DNA of 61,968 nucleotides, counting the filler, from Rhabdomonas costata (lineage: Eukaryota): assembly GCA_019059605.1 (NCBI GenBank). It is 23 parts of 23 records of this genome, joined end to end, with 100 filler letters (N's around TTAATTAATTAA, not from the genome) between each part and the next. Parts side by side here need not be neighbours in the genome. Positions count along the whole stretch, not along the records: positions 35,055 to 37,647 come from JAHMHO010002703.1; positions 37,748 to 40,340 come from JAHMHO010002704.1; positions 40,441 to 43,032 come from JAHMHO010002705.1; positions 43,133 to 45,741 come from JAHMHO010002706.1; positions 45,842 to 48,429 come from JAHMHO010002707.1; 18 more parts are not named here. One strand, 5' to 3'. The notes under the pieces were generated by a model. That model made no database searches and was not told the origin of the DNA. It saw nothing but the letters and a program-made list of their open reading frames with translations. Position 1 is the first letter of the stretch; every line of letters starts with the position of its first letter. Shown piece after piece: positions 35,152 through 47,340 of the stretch. The position numbers were made by a program, and so were the translations under genes.

Positions 35152-37647
35152 TCACGGGAAGGTATATAGGGGCGGAGATAAGAGGTACAGTGGGGAAGGG
35201 GTCGGGCCGAAATGAAGACCAAGTAGATCGCACGAAATAGTACTGGGATCGGCAGATGCAGAGGCATTGCAAAGGTGCGACTTGAGAGTCGTGCGGTTGG
35301 TGCTCCACCACAGCAACCCATCTGCGGTCTTCGAAGCCAGCATACGGACCTGCTCACCTCCACTGGTCGGGCTTGTTGTTCGCAACGTCAGCTGGATAAT
35401 TACCGGGTCTCCCGACAGGACGCCCTGTATACCCACTCGCGTGGGCTCGACGAAAATAGTAGGAACGGAGATTATTCCAAACGTCCCGTACACCGACAGG
35501 CCTGGGTCCACGGTTACATTAGAGAAACCGAAGGCCCCAAAAGTAACAGGAAAACTCAGCGAGCCAATCGTGGTGTTCACAGGGGTGAAGAACAGCCAAA
35601 CCAAAGTGCTAGAAGTCGGAATGTACTCCACACCCGCACGGACGTCACAGAAGAGGAAAGGGCCTTGCTGAGGACAGCTTGTGGGTTGGCCCGGGTCTGC
35701 AGAATTGCCCCACTGGAGGGACTGCCCCTGAACCTGTGAAGCGTTGACGGTGAGCCATTCCCCGTATGTGGGTGAGCTGGCTCGAACTGAGAAGACAACT
35801 TGTGTTGGGGCATTCGCAGGCAACGTCGCACTGGGAAAAAACTGAGGTTCCGTGAACCATGGGTTCAGGGACCCCACAAGAACAATCTGCGGGTCAATCT
35901 GCGTGGTGATGTAGTTTTCGGCAGATATGTTGATGAAGAAATGCAACTTTCCGACCACGAAAGGGTCTGGCAAGAAGTAGAGATAAAGAGGCACCGACGC
36001 CGTCATGCCAGAGAGCACACTGAGATCACACCTGAGGTATTTACCCTGCGGGGGGCAGTTCACCGCCCCAGCCACAGAAGGTCGGACCGCCCAGAGCATC
36101 CGCCCGCTGACCTTGTGTCGGAATACAGACAGCTGAGTGCGAGCTGGCCAGGTGGTATTTACGGACACTTTGAAGCCAACCCAGACCGCCGTGTTCGCTA
36201 AGATGGATTGAGACGGAAGCACCGTGAGGTCAGATGCGAAGAACTGACCAAATGGGGTGGGTGCAGTCACCATGGCAGATTCTACTCCAGTGGCAGCAAC
36301 GATAAACTGAGGGGCGCTCAAAGGGCCCAATGCCGTGGAGAGCAATGTAAACCAGAAAAAAAGCGCAGTGCCACTGCTATTGAAGTGCACGCCCGTCAAC
36401 CGGCACGCCATGTGCGTGGCATCCACCGCTGGGCAAGGCTGGGCAAGGCTGGATACAGGACTGGTGCTCCAGCTCAACCCACCTGCAAAAAATGCCCGTT
36501 CAGTAAACACTTTCTCTCCAAGGTAGGTTTGCCCAGAAGTGCTGACCTGAAGGTGCAATGGGATACTGGAGCCAAGGTTGAGAAGGGGACCAAAACTGGA
36601 GGGCGTCACAGTGAGAGTGCCAATCACAGTGATGTTCAGGGGAATGTTGACTTTGAGGAAGAAGTCCCCGATGGCGTAAGATCCAAGATTTAACCATCCT
36701 ACAGCATCAGAACGGGGGGTGAACCAAATGTACACCACCATTGGCACCGTGGAAAAATGGGCGAGACCATGAAAGCGGCAGACGAACGCGCCACTGATGG
36801 GGGCACAGTCATCCGAGGTGACCAGGTTGTTGACGCTATTCCACCACACGCCTAAACCGCCGTTGATATCTTCCGCACTCACCACAATGGCTTCTTCGGA
36901 AGAGCTTTTCCCAGTGGCCTGAAGTGCAATCGCAACCGTCACCAGATCATTTGGACCCGGGCTGGTTGGTGAGGACGTCACATTGACGATGCTGTTTTGG
37001 GCCATCACATAGATCGTCGGAGTGTAATTCGAGTCAGTGAAGTTGAGCGCTGAGAAGGTCAGGGTACCGCCCCAAGACCCCACAGTAGTGGTCAACGGCA
37101 CCACTTGAAGCCACACTTGAAGATTGGCCGGCGGAACAATATGTGTTCCCAGGGAGCAACAGTACGATTCCCCGCAAGAAACGCAGCTGGAAAAGCCCGA
37201 GGTATTAGATACCAGGGAAAGGCTCGGAACCCCGCTAACTTCACTCTGCAGTAACCGCACGACTTCCTGAGCAGCCGTTGGCCCGGTGGAAACCAAATTC
37301 ATAGAGATTATAACAGGCTGTCCAGCAATGGGCCAGGATGGAGCAACCACCACGGGAACAGTGGCAGACGGGAGAATCATACCCTTGACAAACACCGTCA
37401 CATTTGCAGTTTTCGGGAGAAAGTGGTCCGCTCGAGCAGTCATCGTTAGAGTTAAGTATCCGGTAGTGCTCAGCGACGGGACTAGGAAAAGCCACAGGTC
37501 AATGGGCTCAATCTTTGAAAGCCCAAGCTCCATGCCAGTGAGATTGCACTGAGCTACCGTTGGTAGAGAGGTGCAGGTGAAGGCCATGGTTGAATCCGAG
37601 GAGAGCCCCATCATCAAAATCCCATCCAGCTGAGAAGCAGGAATCTC
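35152..37647 (-). CDS. Large intronless beta-rich repeat protein (Ig/DUF11-like ~115-120-aa modules), partial
   Basis: An open frame of more than 820 aa to the contig edge. Recurrent module GGL.W...C......C.L.G.H....P..LW(L/F).F.P.....G.L....A.NF....V.....V.G, rich in S/T/V/P. Confidence 0.75.
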   Translation of the reverse strand, partial: EIPASQLDGILMMGLSSDSTMAFTCTSLPTVAQCNLTGMELGLSKIEPIDLWLFLVPSLSTTGYLTLTMTARADHFLPKTANVTVFVKGMILPSATVPVVVAPSWPIAGQPVIISMNLVSTGPTAAQEVVRLLQSEVSGVPSLSLVSNTSGFSSCVSCGESYCCSLGTHIVPPANLQVWLQVVPLTTTVGSWGGTLTFSALNFTDSNYTPTIYVMAQNSIVNVTSSPTSPGPNDLVTVAIALQATGKSSSEEAIVVSAEDINGGLGVWWNSVNNLVTSDDCAPISGAFVCRFHGLAHFSTVPMVVYIWFTPRSDAVGWLNLGSYAIGDFFLKVNIPLNITVIGTLTVTPSSFGPLLNLGSSIPLHLQVSTSGQTYLGEKVFTERAFFAGGLSWSTSPVSSLAQPCPAVDATHMACRLTGVHFNSSGTALFFWFTLLSTALGPLSAPQFIVAATGVESAMVTAPTPFGQFFASDLTVLPSQSILANTAVWVGFKVSVNTTWPARTQLSVFRHKVSGRMLWAVRPSVAGAVNCPPQGKYLRCDLSVLSGMTASVPLYLYFLPDPFVVGKLHFFINISAENYITTQIDPQIVLVGSLNPWFTEPQFFPSATLPANAPTQVVFSVRASSPTYGEWLTVNASQVQGQSLQWGNSADPGQPTSCPQQGPFLFCDVRAGVEYIPTSSTLVWLFFTPVNTTIGSLSFPVTFGAFGFSNVTVDPGLSVYGTFGIISVPTIFVEPTRVGIQGVLSGDPVIIQLTLRTTSPTSGGEQVRMLASKTADGLLWWSTNRTTLKSHLCNASASADPSTISCDLLGLHFGPTPSPLYLLSPPLYTFP

Positions 37648-37754
37648 NNNNNNNNNNNNNNNNNNNNNNNNNNNNNNNNNNNNNNNNNNNNTTAATTAAT
37701 TAANNNNNNNNNNNNNNNNNNNNNNNNNNNNNNNNNNNNNNNNNNNNATTGTGG

Positions 37755-37800
37755 TTTGCCTGGGGACCCAAGAAAGTCTCTTCTTGGGTCCCCAGGCAAA
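37755..37800. repeat. Perfect 20-bp inverted repeat with 6-nt loop
   Basis: tttgcctggggacccaagaa-agtctc-ttcttgggtccccaggcaaa. Confidence 0.95.
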
Positions 37801-37821
37801 ATCACATGACCATACACACAC

Positions 37822-39102
37822 CAGCAGCTCTATTTCTTCCAGGTGGGCGACGATCTCCGCGGCTTCCTCCGCGGACCGGGCCATACCGTGGGCCAGTAGC
37901 TGAGCCGAGGCCTGGGAGGCGGAGAAGCTCCTCGGGAAAACCCTGCCCCCCCTGGTGTGGATGCGGAGGCTTAAGGTGGTCTTTAGCGACGCGGCGGCCC
38001 GGAAGTAGTGCAACACCTGTGGATCCAGTCATGCAACTGTATCAAACGGAAGGACACTGGGGAGCGGAAGGCGGGGTTCACTGGACACTCTGACAAATCG
38101 CAAATGGGTTGAAAAGCGAAGGCGCCTTTGAACAGATCACGCGGGTTCAGACATGACGCAAATGAAACCTCCAATCGTTGCGTGGACAAGAGGGCATACC
38201 CTGGAAGGAAGGATGCTTATAAAAAAGAATGCTATATGCAGGCAGTAAATCAGAAACGTTTACAGGAAAGCTTGTGTCCCCATCCACAAGGAAAGGGCAT
38301 TTCGAAGACCACAGAGCCACAGTGCCAAGCAAATGTCGAAGGAGCAAGACGCTGACAGCCAAGCAAACACGTAACCAGCATCACATGAAATTACCTGCAT
38401 CGAGCTGCGACGCTCAAAGCAAGGCTGCGCCAGTGGGGGCGATGCACGCTCTGGGGCAGACTGGTCGCTTCTCTGGGGAGGAAGGGAGGGACCTTCCCCC
38501 TCCCCTGCTATGCCCTCAGCGTCGGGCCGCACGCCGGAGTGCATCGGAATGGAAAGTGGTGGCAGGGTAGAGATCATCTCCACCAGGCACTGAGATGGCA
38601 CCGAGGAGAAGTCCACCAGTGGAGCTTCAGCACCAGTGCTAGGCTGCTCTTCCTCCTGTTCCTCGTCTTCCTCCTCCTGCTCATCCGATGGCAAGCTCAC
38701 AGCGGTCTGAGAACCCACTCCAGAGGGGGCTTCGGGGGGCAAGGGAATATTAGTGGACTCAACGAGACAGCCTGAGGGAAGGGCCTCCTCGCGTCCCGGG
38801 CCATCACCGGATCCTTCGATTTCTTGTAGTTGCACACTGGAGGTGCCCGGGGGTGGGGTCCCATCCGAAGGTGGCTCAGCAGCGGAGGATGCCTTTGCCG
38901 AGGAACCATCGAGCAGGGCTGGAGGGGCTATGGCGAGTTCATCATTCGAGGGTGCCTCGCTCTCCTGGGTGGCGGAAGGCGGCTGCTCTATGGAGAAAGC
39001 CCGAGGCGTCGGGGGAGTTACGGATACATGTTGAGAAGAGACAGCAACAGGAGGGTCAACCAGAGTGTTCTCATACGCCGCCCGAGCTGAGCAGCACCCC
39101 AT
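37822..39102 (-). CDS. N-terminally acylated (MGCC) low-complexity protein with probable DEP domain, partial
   Basis: The first exon from 39102 starts MGCCS and continues as a Pro/Ser/Glu-rich linker. Exon 38016..37822 encodes IHTRGGRVFPRSFSASQASAQLLAHGMARSAEEAAEIVAHLEEIELL (DEP pattern). Linkage of the two exons is inferred. Confidence 0.55.
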
Positions 39103-39862
39103 GGTGAACGAGAGGAGGGGCAGGCAAGACAGGGCAGGGGTGGGAGCAGGATCGAGTCACTACGCCCACCGAAAAAAAAAGAGAGTCGGCAGAAGAGGGG
39201 AGAAAAAAGACCTCTGGCGAACAGCAAGAATGAAGCAAAGGAAAACACAAAACACTGGAACGGCAATAGCCGTGTTAAGGCAAGTGCGCCAGGAAAACAC
39301 GGGAGTAGAGAGAGAGGAGGGACACCAACATAAAAGTGGTAGTAACAAACCGCACCTGCTGCATCCCCTTCTAGACACCGCAGACTTGTCTCAGCAGGGA
39401 AAATTACGTAGGATCTTCAAAACATGGTGCCCCAACAATCGTCGCGTCGCGATGATTCCCCAACAAAAACTCTTGCTTGGGTCAGAGCCCATCCGTGGAT
39501 TCTCTCCGATCGCTCAAGAAGATAAAAACAAAGAAAGTGACCAGAAGCAAGTGAGTAGTACTTCCGCCGCCGAAGTTGGCGGGGAGAGAGAAAAGGGAAA
39601 GTATAGACCAAATTCACCTGCTTCATACACTTTTTGGAGCCCATAAATACAAGAATAAGCAAGAGCTATGCAGTATGCAGGTGTCACAGTGCCCAAGCCG
39701 TAGGCTGAAGCCATGTCAACGCTGCGGACCAAAAACACGCTGCAAACTTGTTAAAGGGAGGGCGAAAAAGGGCCAAGCCTTTCTCTTTCGAAGCTCTCTG
39801 TTGGGTCCCAAGGAACCCAACACGGAGCTCGGGGAGGACACCATCGGAGCCTTGGCTGCCCC

Positions 39863-40072
39863 CTACGGAGGTACAGCGATACCACCCTCGCTGCGGAGGT
39901 TTCGTTTGCTGCGGACGTTAACTATGGCCGTGTGGGAGGATCTGCGATCGGTGAACAACCCGGTCAGCTTCCGCGTGGGCACCGCCTCGAGGGCGTCGCA
40001 TACGGGGCACGTGGCGGGGCCCTTGCAGCGGTTGCAAAGCAGCTGCTGGCATTCCCTCAGGAACTCCCGGTG
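39863..40072 (-). CDS. Terminal exon with CxxC-x4-CxxC zinc-binding motif
   Basis: Acceptor cccttcag, then HREFLRECQQLLCNRCKGPATCPVCDAL... to a stop codon. Confidence 0.5.
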   Translation of the reverse strand, partial: HREFLRECQQLLCNRCKGPATCPVCDALEAVPTRKLTGLFTDRRSSHTAIVNVRSKRNLRSEGGIAVPP

Positions 40073-40994
40073 CTGAAGGGCCTGAAGGACCGGCGCGAGA
40101 TACCCCACAAGGACAAAAACCCTATTTCCTCAGCACCCCCGTCCCTTCCCATTGGCTGCCCCCTCTTCCTCAACTCATCTAAGCTTGGCCAATAGTACCT
40201 TTTCGCTACCCTTCGCTTCCCTTCGCTACCCTTCGCTAGAAACTTCCGGTCACAGAATCCGCAATTCGCTTCAAAGATCAACCCTTTTTGGGTTGTAGGT
40301 GGAAAGAATTTGACTAAAGGCAAAACGCTTCAAAAAACCCNNNNNNNNNNNNNNNNNNNNNNNNNNNNNNNNNNNNNNNNNNNNTTAATTAATTAANNNN
40401 NNNNNNNNNNNNNNNNNNNNNNNNNNNNNNNNNNNNNNNNGGTTGTTGGTCTACCACGGAGGAGGTCGTGTACCTCTCACAGGTCTCCTTCGCAGAGGCA
40501 CAGCAAGCCCTCGAGGATGACCGAGAGCGGGTTTGCTTGCGTGTCTATTGGTTGAGAGGAGTGTTGCCATGCGATTAATGCGAATGGGTCTCTCTCTTGA
40601 ACTCTGGACGTTCTGCATTGAGCTTTGCTGTTGCTCTGCTTTTTCTTGGGTGGTGTGAAAGCCATCTAAAAACTTGGAAATCTGTCAAGCCCGCTTCACT
40701 CCTCACATTTCGCTCGTTTGCCAACCTCTGCAAAGCCGCAAGGAGCGAGAACTATGAAGACGTGCTTCAGGAAGGGTTTCCCTCTTTTTGTTGCTTACAT
40801 CGTGATGACCCGTCCGTTTGTGAGAAGGGGCAACGTGCTTTTTTTTTGGGGGGGGGGGACGGGTTGCAGCCGATTTGCCGCCAGGCGTCGACCTTCAGTT
40901 CTGCTCTGTTTTCCGCTCAACTGTTTTGCCCCCAGCTTTTCCCCGGCCTGTCTCGCTGCGTTTTTCCATCACCTTCCCACTTCGGATGTGCCAG

Positions 40995-41255
40995 GGCCAG
41001 AGCTCGGAGCTCACTCTGCGCGAGGTCGCCTTGGAGCATTTCCACAGCCAGCTCGAGGTTGAGGGCCTTGCAGCCCGCGCGGCCTACCGCCGGGTAGTCG
41101 GGCTGAAGCGGCTGACGGCGACCACCCTGCCCGGAGTCCTGGACCCGCAGGCAAACACCGTGCTTACCGTGGGCAGCACCAAGATCACGGTCGGCCTGAG
41201 CCCCGCTATGACATGGTTCACGGAGCACCACGGGCAGCAACCAGCCGACGCGCAG
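40995..41255 (+). CDS. Hypothetical protein, internal exon
   Basis: GC3-rich segment (ELTLREVALEHFHSQLEVEGLAARAAYRR...WFTEHHGQQPADAQ) bounded by ccag| and |gtacgt. No family recognised. Confidence 0.5.
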
Positions 41256-43485
41256 GTACGTGCAGGGTGGGTGTCGGATGTCGTTGGGGAATCGAGTACT
41301 GCTGTTTTATAAAGTCTGTGACTTGCCTCAAGCTTTTTACTTTTTATGTGTTGTGGTTGAGCTGCATTGCGGGGAGGCTATCAGACCTGATCGAGCGGGC
41401 GAGCCGTCACTAGGTGTTGGGCGGCTCCATCTGCTGACTGTTTTTGTTGATGCTGAATCAGGGGGGAGGGGGTTCTGAGGGGCAGGTTGCAGTTGTGACG
41501 GAGAGCAACGGACACCAGCAGAAGAAGGTGAGGCACCCCCGTGCTGGTCAGCTTCTGCGGTTTGAGGTTTGTGTCATTCAGTGGCATTTTAGCGGGGAAA
41601 GGGGAGAAGGAGAAGTGGTTAGGTACCCGTGTGCCGTAAATAAGGGCACGACGCAGGGTATCAGAAGGAAATCGGAGAGGAGGGTCCAGTGAGAAGGCAG
41701 GACACGAGCAATGTGCTGGCAAACGATGTGAATGAGAATGAGGAAGGTGCCGGTGAACAAAAAAATCCATATCCACCGTGCGCGTATGAAAGTAAGAATC
41801 AGGTTACAACGATGTAGGACACCGGGTGCCATTTATGCAACGACGTGCCGCATACAAATATGCAAACGGGATGACCTCTCTCTACTCGTCACAAAGGAGC
41901 CGACCCAGGAGCTCCCCTTGGGCTCCAAGGACCCAAGGTTCACCTCCACTGGGTCGCCTCGCCCGCTTATGCGGTGCCCTCGGGTGATGAGCGGGCTTGG
42001 CAGGTCCGGAGGTGTTGTGGATGCCCCCTGCCAGGGAATCGAGGGGTACGTTCTTCTGCATTTAGACAGAGGTGCTGATGAGTTACAAGAAGGGCAAGTC
42101 AATTCAGGACCATGACAAACACAACCAAAATGAGCACCGCACCGATAGCCCGGGGCTATTGTTTTTCATGGGTGGTGGGAGTCGGGGCGTAACACAAAAC
42201 ATTCAGCACTGCGATGCGGTTGTTTTGATTAATCGTCTTGAACTCCCTTGAATACGTGGCAAAGCTCGTGCATCTCCTGTCCCCGGTTGGGTCAATGCTG
42301 GTTTTTATGGCGGACTGCGGCTTGCGGAAGAAAATTGACCACTTGGGAAATGGGACGTATATGCGGCAATTAAGGTCCCAATTTACTTGGGGAGGGGGAC
42401 AAACGGGCCAAAATCCGGGCAAAAAGGATTTTTGGCCTAAAATGAGAAGGAAAATGAAGCTGCACTTCAGTACTGGTGCGGTTGCATTGCTTAGGGTAAT
42501 TCTCATAACGGGTAGGCAAATGTCACCGCTATGAAACCGTTTCAATGGGGGGTGCATAATGAATGTCGTCAGGAACGAAAATATGAGAATCGGCGTGTGT
42601 TTCAGCACGCCCCGTAATTGATATGGGGAAGAGCAGTCCCCATTCCCTGCATTACCTGCATTACCATGCATTCTTTCCCAGTGCTGCTTGACCGTCTGTT
42701 TGCTTTTCGTGAGTGGTGGCTCCTTTCTTGGAACCTGGCACAGTCGGCCACGGCTTTGCTCGACCGTGGCCGAATTTTGCAGGTTAGGGTTCGTAGAGGA
42801 ACAATTGTACAACCTGACTGACTGAAAACTTCCCTTTTTGCAGGTCACCAAAGCTCCTCAGGCTGTCCACGCACCATTGTTGCCTTCCCGCCGAAAAGCC
42901 GGTGCCACGGAGTAAGTCCCTCTCCCCGACGAGGCTTTGGGGCAAACTTCTGGCTGCTCTGCGCAGCCCCGCGGTTGTGCAGTGTGGAGTGCCCCACTTG
43001 CAGACGTGAGCCACTGAGCCTCACCCCCCACCNNNNNNNNNNNNNNNNNNNNNNNNNNNNNNNNNNNNNNNNNNNNTTAATTAATTAANNNNNNNNNNNN
43101 NNNNNNNNNNNNNNNNNNNNNNNNNNNNNNNNCTCATGCTGGCACTATTTACTGCTGTCCTTCAGCTGAGGAAACGGGGCCTTTAACTCGGGCAAAGCAC
43201 AGGCGTCCCAGAGCAAAAGAAGGAGAGTGCATTGGTACCGAACCCACCAATGGGTGAAAGTTGGGATCACTTATCTACTTATCTCCGCTGTGAGGGCTGC
43301 ACAGCGCTGTGTTGTTTTGGACGTGGAAAGACCTGCCACATCTGTGCATTGTACCTGCAAGTTGGTTCAGCCAAAACGTGATTACTCTGATGCGTGATGG
43401 GCCTTCAGCTGAAAGTGAGTGCTGCTCGTGAATCACCTGTGTATGGTATCAGAAAGGAGGAGGAACGACGGGTTTCGCTGTGCAG

Positions 43486-44097
43486 GAAAGATGATCCTGC
43501 TGGACCGCCTACTTGCCCGGCTAAAGCAGCAGGGCCACCGGGTGCTTCTGTTCTGCCAAATGACTCGGTGTGTGGATATGCTTGCGAAAATAAAGGGTCA
43601 TGTTTTGCCGGGAGGAGGGGAGGGGGGTGCAGGTACGTCATTTTACCGTCAACCGCAAATCCCATGTGGTGTTGCGCTTTCTACACTATCGTACAGGACC
43701 CTTGGAATCTGCAGCGGAACTCAGAAACCCTGCGCACTCCCTCATCCCGCACACACTGCGTGAGTTGTCTGTCATGCTGACGCTCGCGATTAACTTCGGG
43801 AAATTCCAACCAAAATCAGATTTTTTTTTCCGTCCAACTCTGGTTAGCGAAACACGGTCAGAGGTGAAACGCCTGTGTAACGGCCATTTGACGTGCAGCA
43901 AACCAACTGCGCATCTCGAGGGTCTCAGGGCCCCTCACTTAATGGTTGTGGGGAATTTAGAACCCCCCACCCTGTGCCCCGTTAGTATGATGGACATTCT
44001 GGAGGACTACCTCGGGATGCGGGGCTATCAGTACTGCCGCCTGGACGGCAGCACTTCTTTGCTCAATTATGGAGGAAATGATCACGACCGAGGATGA
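43486..44097 (+). CDS. SNF2-family helicase C-terminal lobe fragment, possibly truncated
   Basis: Exons 43486..43567 ([28 protein letters not shown]) and 43986 onward ([24 protein letters not shown]) join in phase 2. Homology stops near 44058 and the frame terminates at 44097. Confidence 0.85.
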
Positions 44098-44382
44098 TTC
44101 GGTGTTATTGTGTACGTGAAAAACGCGAAACATATGACGTGTGGAGAAAGAGGGGCACACGTTGGAACAAAGGTAAATTTCGAAAGTATTAGGCTCTTTA
44201 GGAAGGGAAGAAGGTAGCTACCACAGACAGAACTGGAATTTCAGGAAAGGGGGAGATTGGGCTGAGGTGCGCGTCCATAAGGAGTGGGAACATGATACCT
44301 GAGGGCATAGCTGTAGCTGGTGGGAGGGTTTCGGATAATCTGATGACAGAACCACAACAACATCAAGCACAGGGAGAAGCAC

Positions 44383-44627
44383 CTCGCCCATGATCAGCAG
44401 CTCGGAGTCATAGAGCTCGTCCAGCTGGTGGTGGATCTCCATCAGCCGCGCTGCGTGCAGGCGCTGCAGGCGGGCTTCGGAGAGCCACTCGTTGGCCTTC
44501 CGGCGCTGCTGCCGCGCAAACTCCGCCGCGGCCTCGGCGGACTCCCCCTCGGACTTTGGCGGGGGCGACTGCTCGACAGGTGAGGGCTTGGGGGAGGAGG
44601 TCGCTGCTTCCGCTGAGAGAGAGAGAG

Positions 44628-44659
<32 letters not shown>

Positions 44660-45368
44660 GAAATCGGCCATTCACAGTTGACGCACACAGCCAGTGTTCA
44701 GCGTCCAAGTCCGATACTGGCCACTCCGCCTCAGGTTCTTTTTACAATGGGCAGCGACGCGGCAACGCGGTTTGATGTTACCCGTCCATGAGAAAGCTCT
44801 CTCTTGCTCTGCCCGTTACCACCCCCCCCTTTCCAGTACACACTGCTCCAGGTGTGTCGGCTACACTACTCCGACTAAGCTAGGATCCCCGGATAGAGTC
44901 ACGAGGCTGCTACACAACGGGTAAGCATTAACAGATGCTGAACAGAACAGCACCTTCACACATTATCGCCAACAGAATGAAAGCGATTAAAAAATACCTA
45001 GTGTGCATGTAATCTCAAACACAGTTTGGAAATTCCCACGCCGCAAACATATGTCCGCACACAAACCGATGTGAGAGGATGGTGCCGCAGGACTCAGCCT
45101 TGCCTCGCAGTCACGAATGTCCGGCCGAAGCTTCGTCAGCTTGGCCTCCAGCTCCGCGGCTTGCGCGCGCTGCTCCGAGGATAACAGGAACCCTAAAGCC
45201 GAAAAAAAAGGTAAAAAGTAATATGATCATACCCAAGTTACAAAGAGCACAAGGCATGGTTTTGGCGGAGGTCTTTTCTGCCACCAGCGGGATTTCAAAT
45301 ACTCTGCCGCCGATTGGCCGCTTCTCGGGGTACGGATCACCCCTCTGCTGCGGAGGTTCTTGGGAAAC
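44383..45368 (-). CDS. Hypothetical coiled-coil protein, internal exons
   Basis: Exons ~45368..45231, ~45192..45104 (FLLSSEQRAQAAELEAKLTKLRP) and 44612..44383 (AEFARQQRRKANEWLSEARLQRL...LLIMGE|gtgctt). Confidence 0.5.
44631..44659. repeat. (GT)n microsatellite, adjacent to (GA)n
   Basis: Perfect dinucleotide run next to the minus-strand acceptor at 44613. Confidence 0.95.
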
Positions 45369-45370
45369 CT

Positions 45371-45376
<6 letters not shown>

Positions 45377-45411
<35 letters not shown>
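45377..45411. repeat. (CA)n microsatellite
   Basis: Perfect CA run. Confidence 0.95.
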
Positions 45412-45412
<1 letters not shown>

Positions 45413-47340
45413 ACACGTGCCAACCCACATTCACGATAGGAGCTCATGTCTTCACAATCGACTGATGCACAGCTTGACAACATTTTCCAGCAGAGCCCAC
45501 AAGAGGCAGTCTGAGGCACTGATGTCGGACAAAGCTGAATATATATTGCCACCAACAGTCATCCTGGCTCACACCACAGCCCTGCATGCACTCGATAACA
45601 AAACATACCACAAGGATGACCCTTCCTTCGCATCCCTTGTCCCACACACATACTAGTGGACTAATCGCGATCGGTACACGACAGGGATGCACACCACGAC
45701 TAATCCAGCCAACGTAAGTCTGAGAGACATAACCAAACCCCNNNNNNNNNNNNNNNNNNNNNNNNNNNNNNNNNNNNNNNNNNNNTTAATTAATTAANNN
45801 NNNNNNNNNNNNNNNNNNNNNNNNNNNNNNNNNNNNNNNNNGTGGTGGGTGTGTTTGGGGTTTTTTTGAAGTTTTGGCTTGCTTCGGATGTCCGGATGGA
45901 CGGTGTGGATTTCCCTCCACAATTAAATGACATTACTGCAAAAAAAAAAGAATTGCAGCATTGTGAATTTTAATTGGAAATTAAACGTGCCGTCGATAAA
46001 CCCTCCGCTGCGAGGTCACAAGCACCAGACGAACAATGAAGGTTATCATGTGCAAAGCAAGTGTGGGGTGGGAGTGAACTCATTTTGCAAATTTGCTTTT
46101 CATCTTTTTCGGGCAAATGTGCCTATTAATTATTTATGTGAGGGGTAGCGGTTTATAAACAATACAACCCCCGTAAACCCGCATGGTGTTGAATGCAGGC
46201 CTTCCTTAGCAAAAGGCCATTCTTCACTGGTTAAATGGCGCCGACGAGGGAGGCTGAGGCTGAAATTCGGAAGGTGTGGAAGGAAGGAAGGAAGGAAGAT
46301 ATTCCACCATACCTACTAAAAGGAGGAATATTTGTTCCATCTAGCTCTTCAGTTTGGAAGGCAATTCAAAGCAGATGGTTCAAGCAAAAAATTTTTGAAG
46401 CAAAAACAATACAACTTAAATAAAATGGATGAGATACTTGTCTTCGTCTTTGTTCTCTGATCTTTTGCGGTTGAGGGACGCCATTTCCTAGTAGGACGTG
46501 GAAAGTGGCGCCTCAAGGTGACGTAATCGTAATCGCAGTCATTCAGATTCATTACGTCACCACCTTTACTAGATAAACACACACCACATTTTTCTTTTAA
46601 ATGCTTTTCTAATAATAATTTTGACGACCAGCTGGTAGTGGGTTTTGTCTTCGAGGAATGGAAGCAAGTTCTGAGGTCTCTATCTCTGCTCAACAAATGA
46701 CTTTTTTAAGTTTAAGAAAAGTGCCTGCGCCCCCAACAAGACTGAGGATTGGTATGTAATGAGATTCAAGCTTTTTTGAAAGCACGAAGATCAGGCACCG
46801 TTGAGGAACCCGGTGAGCACTATAGTTGCAAACGACCTGTGTGGCAAAGAAAAAAGAGGCAACAGTTGAAGACGTGGTGTTGGAAATTGGCGCTGGCTGC
46901 CGCATTCTAGATGGAAAGATCAGCAAGTGGACTGTCCTCTGTGTGCGCTCCGCCTATTACAAAGACATAACGGGCGATGGGCAGCAACCGCTATGGTACG
47001 TTCTGCTGGAGCCGCCGATGGCTAACGTGCGGACGGGTTTCAGGTGGTGGGGTTCAGTGTGGTGAGCCCGTCCACCACTCACAGTAAATATGATTGCGAG
47101 GGCGGCAAGGAGACGGCTCGCTTCGTCAGTGAGAACAGCGGCCTGTAGTCGTAGAAACCCGTGTGAGCTTGTCCAGTAAAGCCAGCGCATCCCCCCAGCC
47201 CCCAAAAGTGGACATCAAAAAGGGGATGAAGTTTAGGTTGTGCCGCGACAACTAGGCGTACTTGTTCTTTTTGCGCTGAGCCTTGCTTCGCAGTGCCCTG
47301 TTTGCTCGCGTGGGAGTCCAGCCCGAAGCTGGTGGCTAGC

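Noticed and set aside
40202..40238. 10-bp tandem repeat (ttcgctaccc) x4, and a 22-bp duplication at ~28309-28348
   Set aside because: Ordinary slippage minisatellites with no spacers or associated genes.
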